Assembly: GCA_964016885.1 (NCBI GenBank)
Contig: OZ024746.1
Span: 38,378,001-38,442,000 of the forward strand
Direction: 5' to 3'
Origin: Eledone cirrhosa
Taxonomy: Eukaryota
Length of the DNA stretch: 64,000 nt
Part shown: positions 30,409-41,971 of the stretch, in pieces
How the letters are laid out: each line of letters begins with the position of its first letter
How positions within the stretch are numbered: position 1 is the first letter of the stretch
The notes under the pieces: generated by a model
Told to the model about the DNA's origin: nothing
Seen by the model: the letters and a program-made list of their open reading frames with translations, nothing else
The model's database searches: none
Translations under genes and position numbers: made by a program

Positions 30409-32262
30409 CTATTTTGGTGTTGAAAGTGAAGAAAGAAAAGCACTTACCTCTCCGGGTTGCGTAATTTCCATGGCATCAGGTGTGTTGGGTGGAGGGATGT
30501 TTTGTGGTGGTGTGGGGGTACACGTGTGTGGTGGGGTTGGGGTATTTGGAGTTGTGTCAGGGAGAGGGGCGGTTATGGGGAAATCTTTCAAGAGGACGCG
30601 ATTCAACGGTTTTAAACAGGGGGGGCTCACGTCCCGTCTAAATTGTTCTTTTAAGGAACGATAAAGGTCCAGAGGGACCTTTATCATTTTTAAATGGGTG
30701 AAGTTCTCTGTTGAGATAAAGTTTGGCCCTTCGGTCTGCACCATAGGGTTATTGTTTATTAATTTAACCAGTTTTTTGTTTTCTTTATTTATATATGTGT
30801 ATTGCAACGTCTTTTTTTGTGATGCTGTCAATGTTTCGGAGAGGGGAGGCGCAGATTTATTTTTGTTTGTTGAGGGTGGGGTGTTTTTGATTGGAGTTGG
30901 TGTTTGTGTGTGGGTTATTTGTGGTGTGCTGGGTGTGTGTTTTCTTTTTTTTCTTTTAACTTGTCTGAAGGCTTCTCCTCCTTCTTCTTCAGAAGTTGGG
31001 GGAAACTCTTCAGCGCTAGGTGGGAGGGACGTGTTGTGTGGTTGTTTTTTTTTTGCGGGAGGGGTAGATTTGTTACTGTTTTTTTTATTATTTGTTTGAA
31101 ATGGGTTTTGTGGTGGTGGTGGTAATGTTTGTGTCGTGCTTGTGGTTGGTGATGGTGGTGTTTGTGTTGTGGTTGGTGGTGGTGATTTTTGTGTCGTGCT
31201 TGTGTTTGGTGCTGGTGGTGGTGATGTTTGTGTTGTGTTTGTGGTTGGTGGTGTCTGTATTTTGTTTGCTGTGTGTGGTATTAGTGCATTTTTGGAGGTG
31301 GGTGGTGTTGGTGTACTGTTTGTGGTGGGTGTGGGCAATAGTCCTTTTTGGGGGATACGCTTCGGGCAGTTAGCCTTAACGTGTCCCCTTTCCATGCATA
31401 AATAGCATGCTGGTCTTCTCCCCTCTACAATTATGTCTATTGGGGTAAGGTCATCCAGCCAGATGCGATCCGGGATTTGTGCTATTCTTTCGGGCCTCAT
31501 TTGGACTAGTATGTCGAGGCCCATTCCCAGGAACGCATCTCCAGTTGCCTTCCCCATTGACAGCATTGTGTCTTCGCCCATATCAATGAAGCCAGCAATA
31601 GCCCACCAGAAGTCCATTGTGGGCAGCATTGTTTTTACTTTTACTCTCTGTGTTCTTCTACCCATGTAGGAGGGATAGAAGCTATATGTTGTCGACGAGA
31701 GTGGGCTTAGGGAAAGCTTCTCCGCCGTTTCTTTGTCTCTTGTTAGGACCGAAATGCTGCCATAGAGTCGGTCCTTTCGTATGAAGAGAATATTCTTCAT
31801 ATAGTCTTTTAGGACTAACTCTATTTCCATTTGGCTGGGCTGTGCTGGCTTTCTTGTCTGGTTCAGTATAGTTCTGTAGAGAACTGTGTTTTCTGCTCTG
31901 GCTTTCTTGAATTCTGGGGGGGAGTTAATGGAAAACATTCCGTTCTCCCCCAAAACAATGTGTTTCTTTGCTTCGGCCAGTTTTTCTCTGGCGGCAGTTA
32001 GGTCAATTGGTGTGTATATAATGGATTGTTTTGTTTTCTGGGCAAAAGTTGCCCTGTTGTTATTTGTATTATTTTCTGTTTGTTTGTTTTCTGTTTGCTC
32101 ATTTTCCTTAACATTTGTTTTTTCATTTTCTTTGTTTGTTTCATTGTTTAATTTTGTTGTAATTATTTTTTGTTCTTCAGACTTGGGGGGCGTGGCAGAG
32201 CTAATGGCAGACATGTCTGCCATCTTTTCCGCCATGCTGCCAAGAAAGAAATTTTTCGGCAA
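30409..32262 (-). CDS. ORF1 gag-like nucleic-acid-binding protein, copy A (intact; first ATG at 32235)
   Basis: 617-aa ORF with zinc knuckle CYLCMERGHVKANC and Pro/Thr-rich basic C-terminal half, directly upstream of ORF2. Confidence 0.88.
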   Translation of the reverse strand: MPKNFFLGSMAEKMADMSAISSATPPKSEEQKIITTKLNNETNKENEKTNVKENEQTENKQTENNTNNNRATFAQKTKQSIIYTPIDLTAAREKLAEAKKHIVLGENGMFSINSPPEFKKARAENTVLYRTILNQTRKPAQPSQMEIELVLKDYMKNILFIRKDRLYGSISVLTRDKETAEKLSLSPLSSTTYSFYPSYMGRRTQRVKVKTMLPTMDFWWAIAGFIDMGEDTMLSMGKATGDAFLGMGLDILVQMRPERIAQIPDRIWLDDLTPIDIIVEGRRPACYLCMERGHVKANCPKRIPQKGLLPTPTTNSTPTPPTSKNALIPHTANKIQTPPTTNTTQTSPPPAPNTSTTQKSPPPTTTQTPPSPTTSTTQTLPPPPQNPFQTNNKKNSNKSTPPAKKKQPHNTSLPPSAEEFPPTSEEEGGEAFRQVKRKKRKHTPSTPQITHTQTPTPIKNTPPSTNKNKSAPPLSETLTASQKKTLQYTYINKENKKLVKLINNNPMVQTEGPNFISTENFTHLKMIKVPLDLYRSLKEQFRRDVSPPCLKPLNRVLLKDFPITAPLPDTTPNTPTPPHTCTPTPPQNIPPPNTPDAMEITQPGEVSAFLSSLSTPK

Positions 32263-32436
32263 AACTAGATATTTATTTTACCCCCTAAAAAGGGGGTAAA
32301 TGCAAAAATGTTTCCCTAAATAACAGGGGTTAGTGTTCCAAATGTGTTGCACTAAAAAATTTATCCGGTACTTACAATAGTAAGGGTAAATCCCGATGGA
32401 ATAGCGGAGCCGATGCGAAGCGTGTCTTACTCTATC

Positions 32437-32475
<39 letters not shown>

Positions 32476-32721
32476 GTAGGTAGATAGATAAATTTCTATT
32501 TATTTGCCACGAGGGCACAAAAGAAGGGGACATTTACACAGTGGGGGAGTTTACATAAATCGAGTAAAGAAAAAAGGAATAACAATAATAATATAACAAT
32601 AAAAGTCCTCAAAAGGGAGGGGGCGTGTTGGGGATTGCACATACCCCCGAAAAGTGTGCAAATCTTTTCGTGGGGGAAGCCCAGAGAGGAGGCGCTCCCC
32701 CTTTCCTCTTCACTTCTTCAC

Positions 32722-35700
32722 CTACAGAACAATGTAGAGAGAAGGCCCATTTACACGGGCCATTCTCGCTTCTTTCACCCACCTTTCATAAAACTGTCTG
32801 GGACCAAGCACTTCTCTCTCCATCCTGATTCTGCTTCCGAAGTGGTATCGGAAGAAGTAAACCAGGTGATGGCCGGAGAGAAAGTCACCCGACCTCAGAC
32901 CTTTCAGGCGCGTCCACCACACAACCTCTTTCATCATGGCTATTACGCACAGAAAGACCGCCTCTGCTTCATTTCTGAAGGGAGGAGGCGGCTTGATGTT
33001 CACCACAGACTCGGCGGTTAATCGAATCGGCGCCACACGCGACAGCAGTCGTTCGACGTAGCCCCACAGATCGGCAACGCCCGGGCAGTGTACCAGTGCA
33101 TACGCAACGGTTTCCTCGTCGCGCACGCATCTGGGACAGATCTTTTTCGCGGGATCCCTGCCTGGGCGCCCGTGTCTGTAGAGCTTTTCTCGAACGGGCA
33201 GAGCCCCCCGGTAACACTGCCAGGCTAGGGACCTCTGGAAGTTGTCCATGGGTCCCGGGCCGAAAGTTCTACCGAACAGGCTGGCCAGTTCGTCCTCCTC
33301 CATGCCTAGCGACTCTCCAAGGGTGTCGTCGCCCCTGCTAGCCACCAACCCTCTATAGAATGTCGAGGTGGATTCTCCACTGACAGTCGGGTCCGCTTGC
33401 CAGATAGCCGTGAGCGCCTGGGCACACTCGGTGTGCCAGTTGCCCAGTTTTCTCGGTCTTTGCTTCACCCAGGATTGCAGTTCGGTGAGCGAGACGAGCT
33501 GTGGGAAGGCTCGCCTCACAAACGGGGCCCACACCGGCTGACCGTTGAGGAATACCTGTAGATGCCGTAGCCTCAATGCGTGCCTACGCATCAACAGCCA
33601 CGGCATACCCAGCCCTCCTTTCGAAGGGTGCTGGCAGCAGATGGATCTCCTCACCATGGGAGGCCGCTTCTTCCAGAGGAACTGGAAGAGCATGCGTTCC
33701 ATGATGGTGAGCTTTTCCTTGGGGCAAGGCACGACGGTCAGGCGGTAGTAGATGACGGACGCTATGTAAGCGTTCGTCACCTCCGCCCGACCTTTCAGTG
33801 ATAGTTTGCACTTGGCCCACTTCTGGGTCAGCGCAAACACCCTGCTCGTCACCTCGCCCCAATTCTTCTCCACCTGGAGGTCCGGTCCGAACCAGACCCC
33901 GAGCAGCTTCACCGGGCCCTCCGTCCACCGCCCGGCGACACCGTCTAACGGCATCGGTTTGCCCCTCCACGTTCCGAGTTGCAAACCGACTGACTTGTCC
34001 TGGTTCAGCTTAGCCCCCGTCAGCCTTTCGTATTCCTCCAGTAGGGTGGCGATCGCCCCGATTTCCGAGGCGTCCGCCACCATTACTGTTACGTCGTCGG
34101 CATAGGCCGAGACCGCTTTGTGCAATCCCGGTTCCAGGGGTATGCCCCGCAGCAACTCCAACTTCCGCAGCAGTGGCTCGAGAGTCAATACGTACAGAAG
34201 GGAGGAGAGGGGGCACCCCTGTCTGATGGATCGGGTGATTTGAAACGGCTCCGAGAGGTAGCCGTTTACCTTAATCCTAGAGTAGATGTTGCCACTGTGC
34301 ATGGCAGAAATCCAGCCCCTGAAAACGGGTCCGAAGCCCGCCGCCGCTAGCACCGCATCCAGGTAACCATGGTCGACCCTATCGAACGCCTTAGATTGAT
34401 CCAAGTTGATCAGGGCCCCACCAAAGCCGGGTTCGTAGCCAACCCTCTCTATGATGTATCGCATGAGGTGGAGGTTGTCGTGAATGGACCTGGACGGGAT
34501 AGCGCATGTCTGCGCGTCTCCCACCAAACCACCCACCACAAGCGCCAACCTCTTCGCCAACACCTTGGCCAAAATCTGTAACTCTGCATTCAGCAGAGTT
34601 ATGGGCCTAAAGTTACTTAAGTCGTCCCCCTTGCTCTCGTCCTTCCTCACTAGCGTGACCACGCCCTTGGTCACAGAACAGGGAATTCTCCCGTTCTGTT
34701 GCCAGTTGCAATAGACAGCCTCGAGGAGTTCGGAGAACAAGACCGGCATAGCTAAATAAAGTTCGTATGGTAGACCATCGAGACCCGGGGATTTGCGTCT
34801 GCTGCATTGGCTGAGCGCTTCCCCGATTTCAGTGGCTGTGATTGGCCTTTCGCAGCACTCCGCTTCGCCGCTCGAAAGACGCGGTAGACCGTCGAGGTAT
34901 GGACCGAAGTCCACATCCCCGTCCGGCCCCCCGCCACCTCCGAACAGTCGAGCAAAGTGCCTTTGAAAGGTCTCGCACATTCGCTCAGGTTCAAGGATCA
35001 CTCGTCCATCCTGGTCTCGCAAAGACCGAATGGTGGATTTAATCCCACTCTTGGCTTCTGTCACGCGGGCCCAGCTAACAGCTTTGGTCCCCTCGTTTCC
35101 TAAAGCACGTATTTTACTTCGGACAACGCAGCCTTCGTGCTTCGCGTCAAAGAACTGGCTCAATGCCGTTCTCGTCGCTAACACTCTGGCTACGTCTCCG
35201 CTCCTAATCGCCTCTTCTAGTTTATCTGTTAACTCCCTTTCCCTCCTATTTCTATTCGCCGCTAGTTCCTTACTGTAACCTATCGAACTTACTCTAATCT
35301 CTCTCTTTAGAGATATCCACCACCTACTGTTGACGATCGCTCCCGTCAACCGCTTCTTAACTAAGCTATTAATCCGGTTTCTGTAATCTTTCTTTGTCGG
35401 TAAGGACAAGTTCATCTTCCAGTAACCGGGACCCTGTCTATGCGTTCTATCAAGGTTGACCACGCAGGTCACTAATTTGTGATCTGAATAGCCAACCATG
35501 ATCAGTTCTGGACAACTAAATACGTCCCTATCCTTACTCCTAACCAAAAACCTATCTAGGTACGATCTAGATTGTCCACTGCGGTTTGCCCAGGTCCAGG
35601 TTGGCGCAGTTGGACAATCTAGTCGAAATCTATCGACCAGGTCGAATCGATCGAGTAACCCCTTGAGGCTGCTACACCCCCCTCTATCGGGACATGCCCC

Positions 35701-36154
35701 TGCATAGTCCCAACGCGCATCTAGGATTCCATTCCAGTCCCCCACTAAAAGCAGGGAACGCGACGTTCCTAGAAAAGTCTCCAGACGCTGGAAGAAGTCG
35801 GCTCTTTCCGCCCCGAAGGGAGCATAAAGACCGACCAGTCTGAAAGCCCCGCCTTCACCGCCTCCGACGTCCAGCACCAGTAATCGACCCCCCGGGTCCG
35901 AGTGAACAATCTGTACGTCGAGAGTCAGACGTTTATCCAGCAGTACGGCAACTCCCCCCCCCCCCGCCTCCGGGTTGACAGAGAGATGCGTGCATCTCAA
36001 AGTCATCGAAGGCGGGCGCCAGCTGTCTCACGCTGCTGATCCGACTCTCGCAAACAACCATCACATCTATACTTTGTGACCTGAGGTCACTTAGAAGCTT
36101 TGCTTGCTTCCAAGCTGAGCCCAGGCCACGCGCGTTCAAACAGCCAACTCTCAA
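32722..36154 (-). CDS. ORF2 of copy B: APE endonuclease, RT, C-terminal Zn finger; N-terminal ~65 aa out of frame at a G12 run
   Basis: LNARGL (35933-36154 ORF), then GVAVLL, VGDWN, SYLDRF, SDHK, SPGLDG, DQSKAFD, QGCPLS, YADD, CPRC...H...C in the 1094-aa ORF. Confidence 0.92.
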
Positions 36155-36159
36155 TTGAT

Positions 36160-38021
36160 CTATTTTGGTGTTGAAAGTGAAGAAAGAAAAGCACTTACCT
36201 CTCCGGGTTGCGTAATTTCCATGGCATCAGGTGTGTTGGGTGGAGGGATGTTTTGTGGTGGTGTGGGGGTACACGTGTGTGGTGGGGTTGGGGTATTTGG
36301 AGTTGTGTCAGGGAGAGGGGCGGTTATGGGGAAATCTTTCAAGAGGACGCGATTCAACGGTTTTAAACAGGGGGGGCTCACGTCCCGTCTAAATTGTTCT
36401 TTTAAGGAACGATAAAGGTCCAGAGGGACCTTTATCATTTTTAAATGGGTGAAGTTCTCTGTTGAGATAAAGTTTGGCCCTTCGGTCTGCACCATAGGGT
36501 TATTGTTTATTAATTTAACCAGTTTTTTGTTTTCTTTATTTATATATGTGTATTGCAACGTCTTTTTTTGTGATGCTGTCAATGTTTCGGAGAGGGGAGG
36601 CGCAGATTTATTTTTGTTTGTTGAGGGTGGGGTGTTTTTGATTGGAGTTGGTGTTTGTGTGTGGGTTATTTGTGGTGTGCTGGGTGTGTGTTTTCTTTTT
36701 TTTCTTTTAACTTGTCTGAAGGCTTCTCCTCCTTCTTCTTCAGAAGTTGGGGGAAACTCTTCAGCGCTAGGTGGGAGGGACGTGTTGTGTGGTTGTTTTT
36801 TTTTTGCGGGAGGGGTAGATTTGTTACTGTTTTTTTTATTATTTGTTTGGAATGGGTTTGTGGTGGTGGTGGTGGTAATGTTTGTGTCGTGCTTGTGGTT
36901 GGTGATGGTGGTGGTGATGTTTGTGTTGTGGTTGGTGGTGGTGATTTTTGTGTCGTGCTTGTGTTTGGTGCTGGTGGTGGTGATGTTTGTGTTGTGTTTG
37001 TGGTTGGTGGTGTCTGTATTTTGTTTGCTGTGTGTGGTATTAGTGTATTTTTGGAGGTGGGTGGTGCTGGTGTACTGTTTGTGGTGGGTGTGGGCAATAG
37101 TCCTTTTTGGGGGATACGTTTCGGGCAGTTAGCCTTAACGTGTCCCCTTTCCATGCATAAATAGCATGCTGGTCTTCTCCCCTCTACAATTATGTCTATT
37201 GGGGTAAGGTCATCCAGCCAGATGCGATCCGGGATTTGTGCTATTCTTTCGGGCCTCATTTGGACTAGTATGTCGAGGCCCATTCCCAGGAACGCATCTC
37301 CAGTTGCCTTCCCCATTGACAGCATAGTGTCTTCGCCCATATCAATGAAGCCAGCAATAGCCCACCAGAAGTCCATTGTGGGCAGCATTGTTTTTACTTT
37401 TACTCTCTGTGTTCTTCTACCCATGTAGGAGGGATAGAAGCTATATGTTGTCGACGAGAGTGGGCTTAGGGAAAGCTTCTCCGCCGTTTCTTTGTCTCTT
37501 GTTAGGACCGAAATGCTGCCATAGAGTCGGTCCTTTCGTATGAAGAGAATATTCTTCATATAGTCTTTTAGGACTAACTCTATTTCCATTTGGCTGGGCT
37601 GTGCTGGCTTTCTTGTCTGGTTCAGTATAGTTCTGTATAGAACTGTGTTTTCTGCTCTGGCTTTCTTGAATTCTGGGGGGGAGTTAATGGAAAACATTCC
37701 GTTCTCCCCCAAAACAATGTGTTTCTTTGCTTCGGCCAGTTTTTCTCTGGCGGCAGTTAGGTCAATTGGTGTGTATGTAATGGATTGTTTTGTTTTCTGG
37801 GCGAAAGTTGCCCTGTCGTTATTTATATTATTTTCTGTTTGTTTGTTTGCTGTTTGCTCATTTTCCTTAACATTTGTTTTTTCATTTTGTTTGTTTGTTT
37901 CAATGTCTAATTTTGTTGTAATTATTTTTTGTTCTTCAGACTTGGGGGGCGTGGCAGAGCCAATGGCAGACATGTCTGCCATCTTTTCCGCCATGCTGCC
38001 AAGAAAGAAATTTTTCGGCAA
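36160..38021 (-). pseudogene. ORF1 of copy B, frameshifted in the Pro/Thr-rich region
   Basis: Split into 36666-38021 and 36160-36582; one T fewer than copy A near 36856. Confidence 0.85.
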
Positions 38022-38195
38022 AAATAGATATTTATTTTACCCCCTAAAAAGGGGGTAAATGCAAAAATGTTTCCCTAAATAACAGGGGTTAGTGTTCCAA
38101 ATGTGTTGCACTAAAAAATTTATCCGGTACTTACAATAGTAAGGGTAAATCCCGATGGAATAGCGGAGCCGATGCGAAGCGTGTCTTACTCTATC

Positions 38196-38230
<35 letters not shown>

Positions 38231-38239
38231 GTAGGTAGG

Positions 38240-38306
<67 letters not shown>

Positions 38307-38536
38307 ATTTCTATTTATTTGCCACGAGGGCACAAAAGAAGGGGACATTTACACAGTGGGGGAGTTTACATAAATCGAGTAAAGAAAAAGGAATAACAAT
38401 AATAATATAACAATAAAAAGTCCTCAAAAGGGAGGGGGCGTGTTGGGGATTGCACATACCCCCGAAAAGTGTGCAACTCTTTTCGCGGGGGAAGCCCAGA
38501 GAGGAGGCGCTCCCCCTTTCCTCTTCACTTCTTCAC

Positions 38537-41500
38537 CTACAGAACAATGTAGAGAGAAGGCCCATTTACACGGGCCATTCTCGCTTCTTTCACCCACCTT
38601 TCATAAAACTGTCTGGGACCAAGCACTTCTCTCTCCATCCTGATTCTTCTTCCGAAGTGGTATCGGAAGAAGTAAACCAGGTGATGGCCGGAGAGAAAGT
38701 CACCCGACCTCAGACCTTTCAGGCGCGTCCACCACACAACCTCTTTCATCATGGCTATTACGCACAGAAAGACCGCCTCTGCTTCATTTCTGAAGGGAGG
38801 AGGCGGCTTGATGTTCACCACAGACTCGGCGGTTAATCGAATCGGCGCCACACGCGACAGCAGTCGTTCGACGTAGCCCCACAGATCGGCAACGCCCGGG
38901 CAGTGTACCAGTGCATGCGCAACGGTTTCCTCGTCGCGCACGCATCTGGGACAGATCTTTTTCGCGGGATCCCTGCCCGGGCGCCCGTGTCTGTAGAGCT
39001 TTTCTCGAACGGGCAGAGCCCCCCGGTAACACTGCCAGGCTAGGGACCTCTGGAAGTTGTCCATGGGTCCCGGGCCGAAAGTTCTACCGAACAGGCTGGC
39101 CAGTTCGTCCTCCTCCATGCCTAGCGACTCTCCAAGGGTGTCGTCGCCCCTGCTAGCCACCAACCCTCTATAGAATGTCGAGGTGGATTCTCCACTGACA
39201 GTCGGGTCCGCTTGCCAGATAGCCGTGAGCGCCTGGGCACACTCAGTGTGCCAGTTGCCCAGTTTTCTCGGTCTTTGCTTCACCCAGGATTGCAGTTCGG
39301 TGAGCGAGACGAGCTGTGGGAAGGCTCGCCTCACAAACGGGGCCCACACCGGCTGACCGTTGAGGAATACCTGTAGATGCCGTAGCCTCAATGCGTGCCT
39401 ACGCATCAACAGCCACGGCATACCCAGCCCTCCTTTCGAAGGGTGCTGGCAGCAGATGGATCTCCTCACCATGGGAGGCCGCTTCTTCCAGAGGAACTGG
39501 AAGAGCATGCGTTCCATGATGGTGAGCTTTTCCTTGGGGCAAGGCACGACGGTCAGGCGGTAGTAGATGACGGACGCTATGTAAGCGTTCGTCACCTCCG
39601 CCCGACCTTTCAGTGATAGTTTGCACTTGGCCCACTTCTGGGTCAGCGCAAACACCCTGCTCGTCACCTCGCCCCAATTCTTCTCCACCTGGAGGTCCGG
39701 TCCGAACCAGACCCCGAGCAGCTTCACCGGGCCCTCCGTCCACCGCCCGACGACACCGTCTAACGGCATCGGTTTGCCCCTCCACGTTCCGAGTTGCAAA
39801 CCGACTGACTTGTCCTGGTTCAGCTTAGCCCCCGTCAGCCTTTCGTATTCCTCCAGTAGGGTGGCGATCGCCCCGATTTCCGAGGCGTCCGCCACCATTA
39901 CTGTTACGTCGTCGGCATAGGCCGAGACCGCTTTGTGCAATCCCGGTTCCAGGGGTATGCCCCGCAGCAACTCCAACTTCCGCAGCAGTGGCTCGAGAGT
40001 CAATACGTACAGAAGGGAGGAGAGGGGGCACCCCTGTCTGATGGATCGGGTGATTTGAAACGGCTCCGAGAGGTAGCCGTTTACTTTAATCCTAGAGTAG
40101 ATGTTGCCACTGTGCATGGCAGAAATCCAGCCCCTGAAAACGGGTCCGAAGCCCGCCGCCGCTAACACCGCATCCAGGTAACCATGGTCGACCCTATCGA
40201 ACGCCTTAGATTGATCCAAGTTGATCAGGGCCCCACCAAAGCCGGGTTCGTAGCCAACCCTCTCTATGATGTATCGCATGAGGTGGAGGTTGTCGTGAAT
40301 GGACCTGGACGGGATAGCGCATGTCTGCGCGTCTCCCACCAAACCACCCACCACAAGCGCCAACCTCTTCGCCAACACCTTGGCCAAAATCTGTAACTCT
40401 GCATTCAGCAGAGTTATGGGCCTAAAGTTACTTAAGTCGTCCCCCTTGCTCTCGTCCTTCCTCACTAGCGTGACCACGCCCTTGGTCACAGAACAGGGAA
40501 TTCTCCCGTTCTGTTGCCAGTTGCAATAGACAGCCTCGAGGAGTTCGGAGAACAAGACCGGCATAGCTAAATAAAGTTCGTATGGTAGACCATCGAGACC
40601 CGGGGATTTGCGTCTGCTGCATTGGCTGAGCGCTTCCCCGATTTCAGTGGCTGTGATTGGCCCTTCGCAGCACTCCGCTTCGCCGCTCGAAAGACGCGGT
40701 AGACCGTCGAGGTATGGACCGAAGTCCACATCCCCGTCCGGCCCCCCGCCACCTCCGAACAGTCGAGCAAAGTGCCTTTGAAAGGTCTCGCACATTCGCT
40801 CAGGTTCAAGGATCACCCGTCCATCCTGGTCTCGCAAAGACCGAATGGTGGATTTAATCCCACTCTTGGCTTCTGTCACGCGGGCCCAGCTAACAGCTTT
40901 GGTCCCCTCGTTTCCTAAAGCACGTATTTTACTTCGGACAACGCAGCCTTCGTGCTTCGCGTCAAAGAACTGGCTCAATGCCGTTCTCGTCGCTAACACT
41001 CTGGCTACGTCTCCGCTCCTAATCGCCTCTTCTAGTTTATCTGTTAACTCCCTTTCCCTCCTATTTCTATTCGCCGCTAGTTCCTTACTGTAACCTATCG
41101 AACTTACTCTAATCTCTCTCTTTAGAGATATCCACCACCTACTGTTGACGATCGCTCCCGTCAACCGCATCTTAACTAAGCTACTAATCCGGTTTCTGTA
41201 ATCTTTCTTTGTCGGTAAGGACAAGTTCATCTTCCAGTAACCGGGACCCTGTCTATGCGTTCTATCAAGGTTGACCACGCAGGTCACTAATTTGTGATCT
41301 GAATAGCCAACCATGATCAGTTCTGGACAACTAAATACGTCCCTATCCTTACTCCTAACCAAAAACCTATCTAGGTACGATCTAGATTGTCCACTGCGGT
41401 TTGCCCAGGTCCAGGTTGGCGCAGTTGGACAATCTAGTCGAAATCTATCGACCAGGTCGAATCGATCGAGTAACCCCTTGAGGCTGCTACACCCCCCTCT

Positions 41501-41966
41501 ATCGGGACATGCCCCTGCATAGTTCCAACGCGCATCTAGGATTCCATTCCAGTCCCCCACTAAAAGCAGGGAACGCGACGTTCCTAGAAAAGTCTCCAGA
41601 CGTTGGAAGAAGTCGGCTCTTTCCGCCCCGAAGGGAGCATAAAGACCGACCAGTCTGAAAGCCCCGCCTTCACCACCTCCGACGTCCAGCACCAGTAATC
41701 GACCCCCCGGGTCCGAGTGAACAATCTGTACGTCGAGAGTCAGACGTTTATCCAGCAGTACGGCAACTCCCCCCCCCGCCTCCGGGTTGACAGAGAGATG
41801 CGTGCATCTCAAAGTCATCGAAGGCGGGCGCCAGCTGTCTCACGCTGCTGATCCGACTCTCGCAAACAACCATCACATCTATACTTTGTGACCTGAGGTC
41901 ACTTAGAAGCTTTGCTTGCTTCCAAGCTGAGCTCAGGCCACGCGCGTTCAAACAGCCAACTCTCAA
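38537..41966 (-). CDS. ORF2 of copy C; N-terminal ~65 aa out of frame at a G9 run
   Basis: 1093-aa ORF with all APE/RT motifs plus the 41748-41966 N-terminal piece. Confidence 0.92.
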
Positions 41967-41971
41967 TTGAT

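Larger units (their letters stand above)
26737..32437 (-). mobile_element. Full-length L1/Tx1-type non-LTR retrotransposon, subfamily 1, copy A (about 5.7 kb)
   Basis: 5' UTR, ORF1 (CCHC), ORF2 (APE-RT-CCHC), 3' UTR with AATAAA. Bounded by AGATAGATA (26728-26736) and (GATA)n (32438-32490). Confidence 0.95.
32491..38196 (-). mobile_element. Full-length Tx1-type element, copy B
   Basis: Near-identical to copy A with the same termini; (GATA)n on both sides. Confidence 0.95.

Noticed and set aside
30409-30447. 39-nt GT-AG mini-intron fusing ORF1 to ORF2
   Set aside because: Excision gives GAG ATC AAT TGA (stop), not the ORF2 frame; kept only as a note on splice-like signals.
32438-32490. (GATA)n spacers as LTRs or telomeric repeats
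   Set aside because: The elements are APE-RT non-LTR type without integrase or PBS, and the tracts are interstitial simple repeats.
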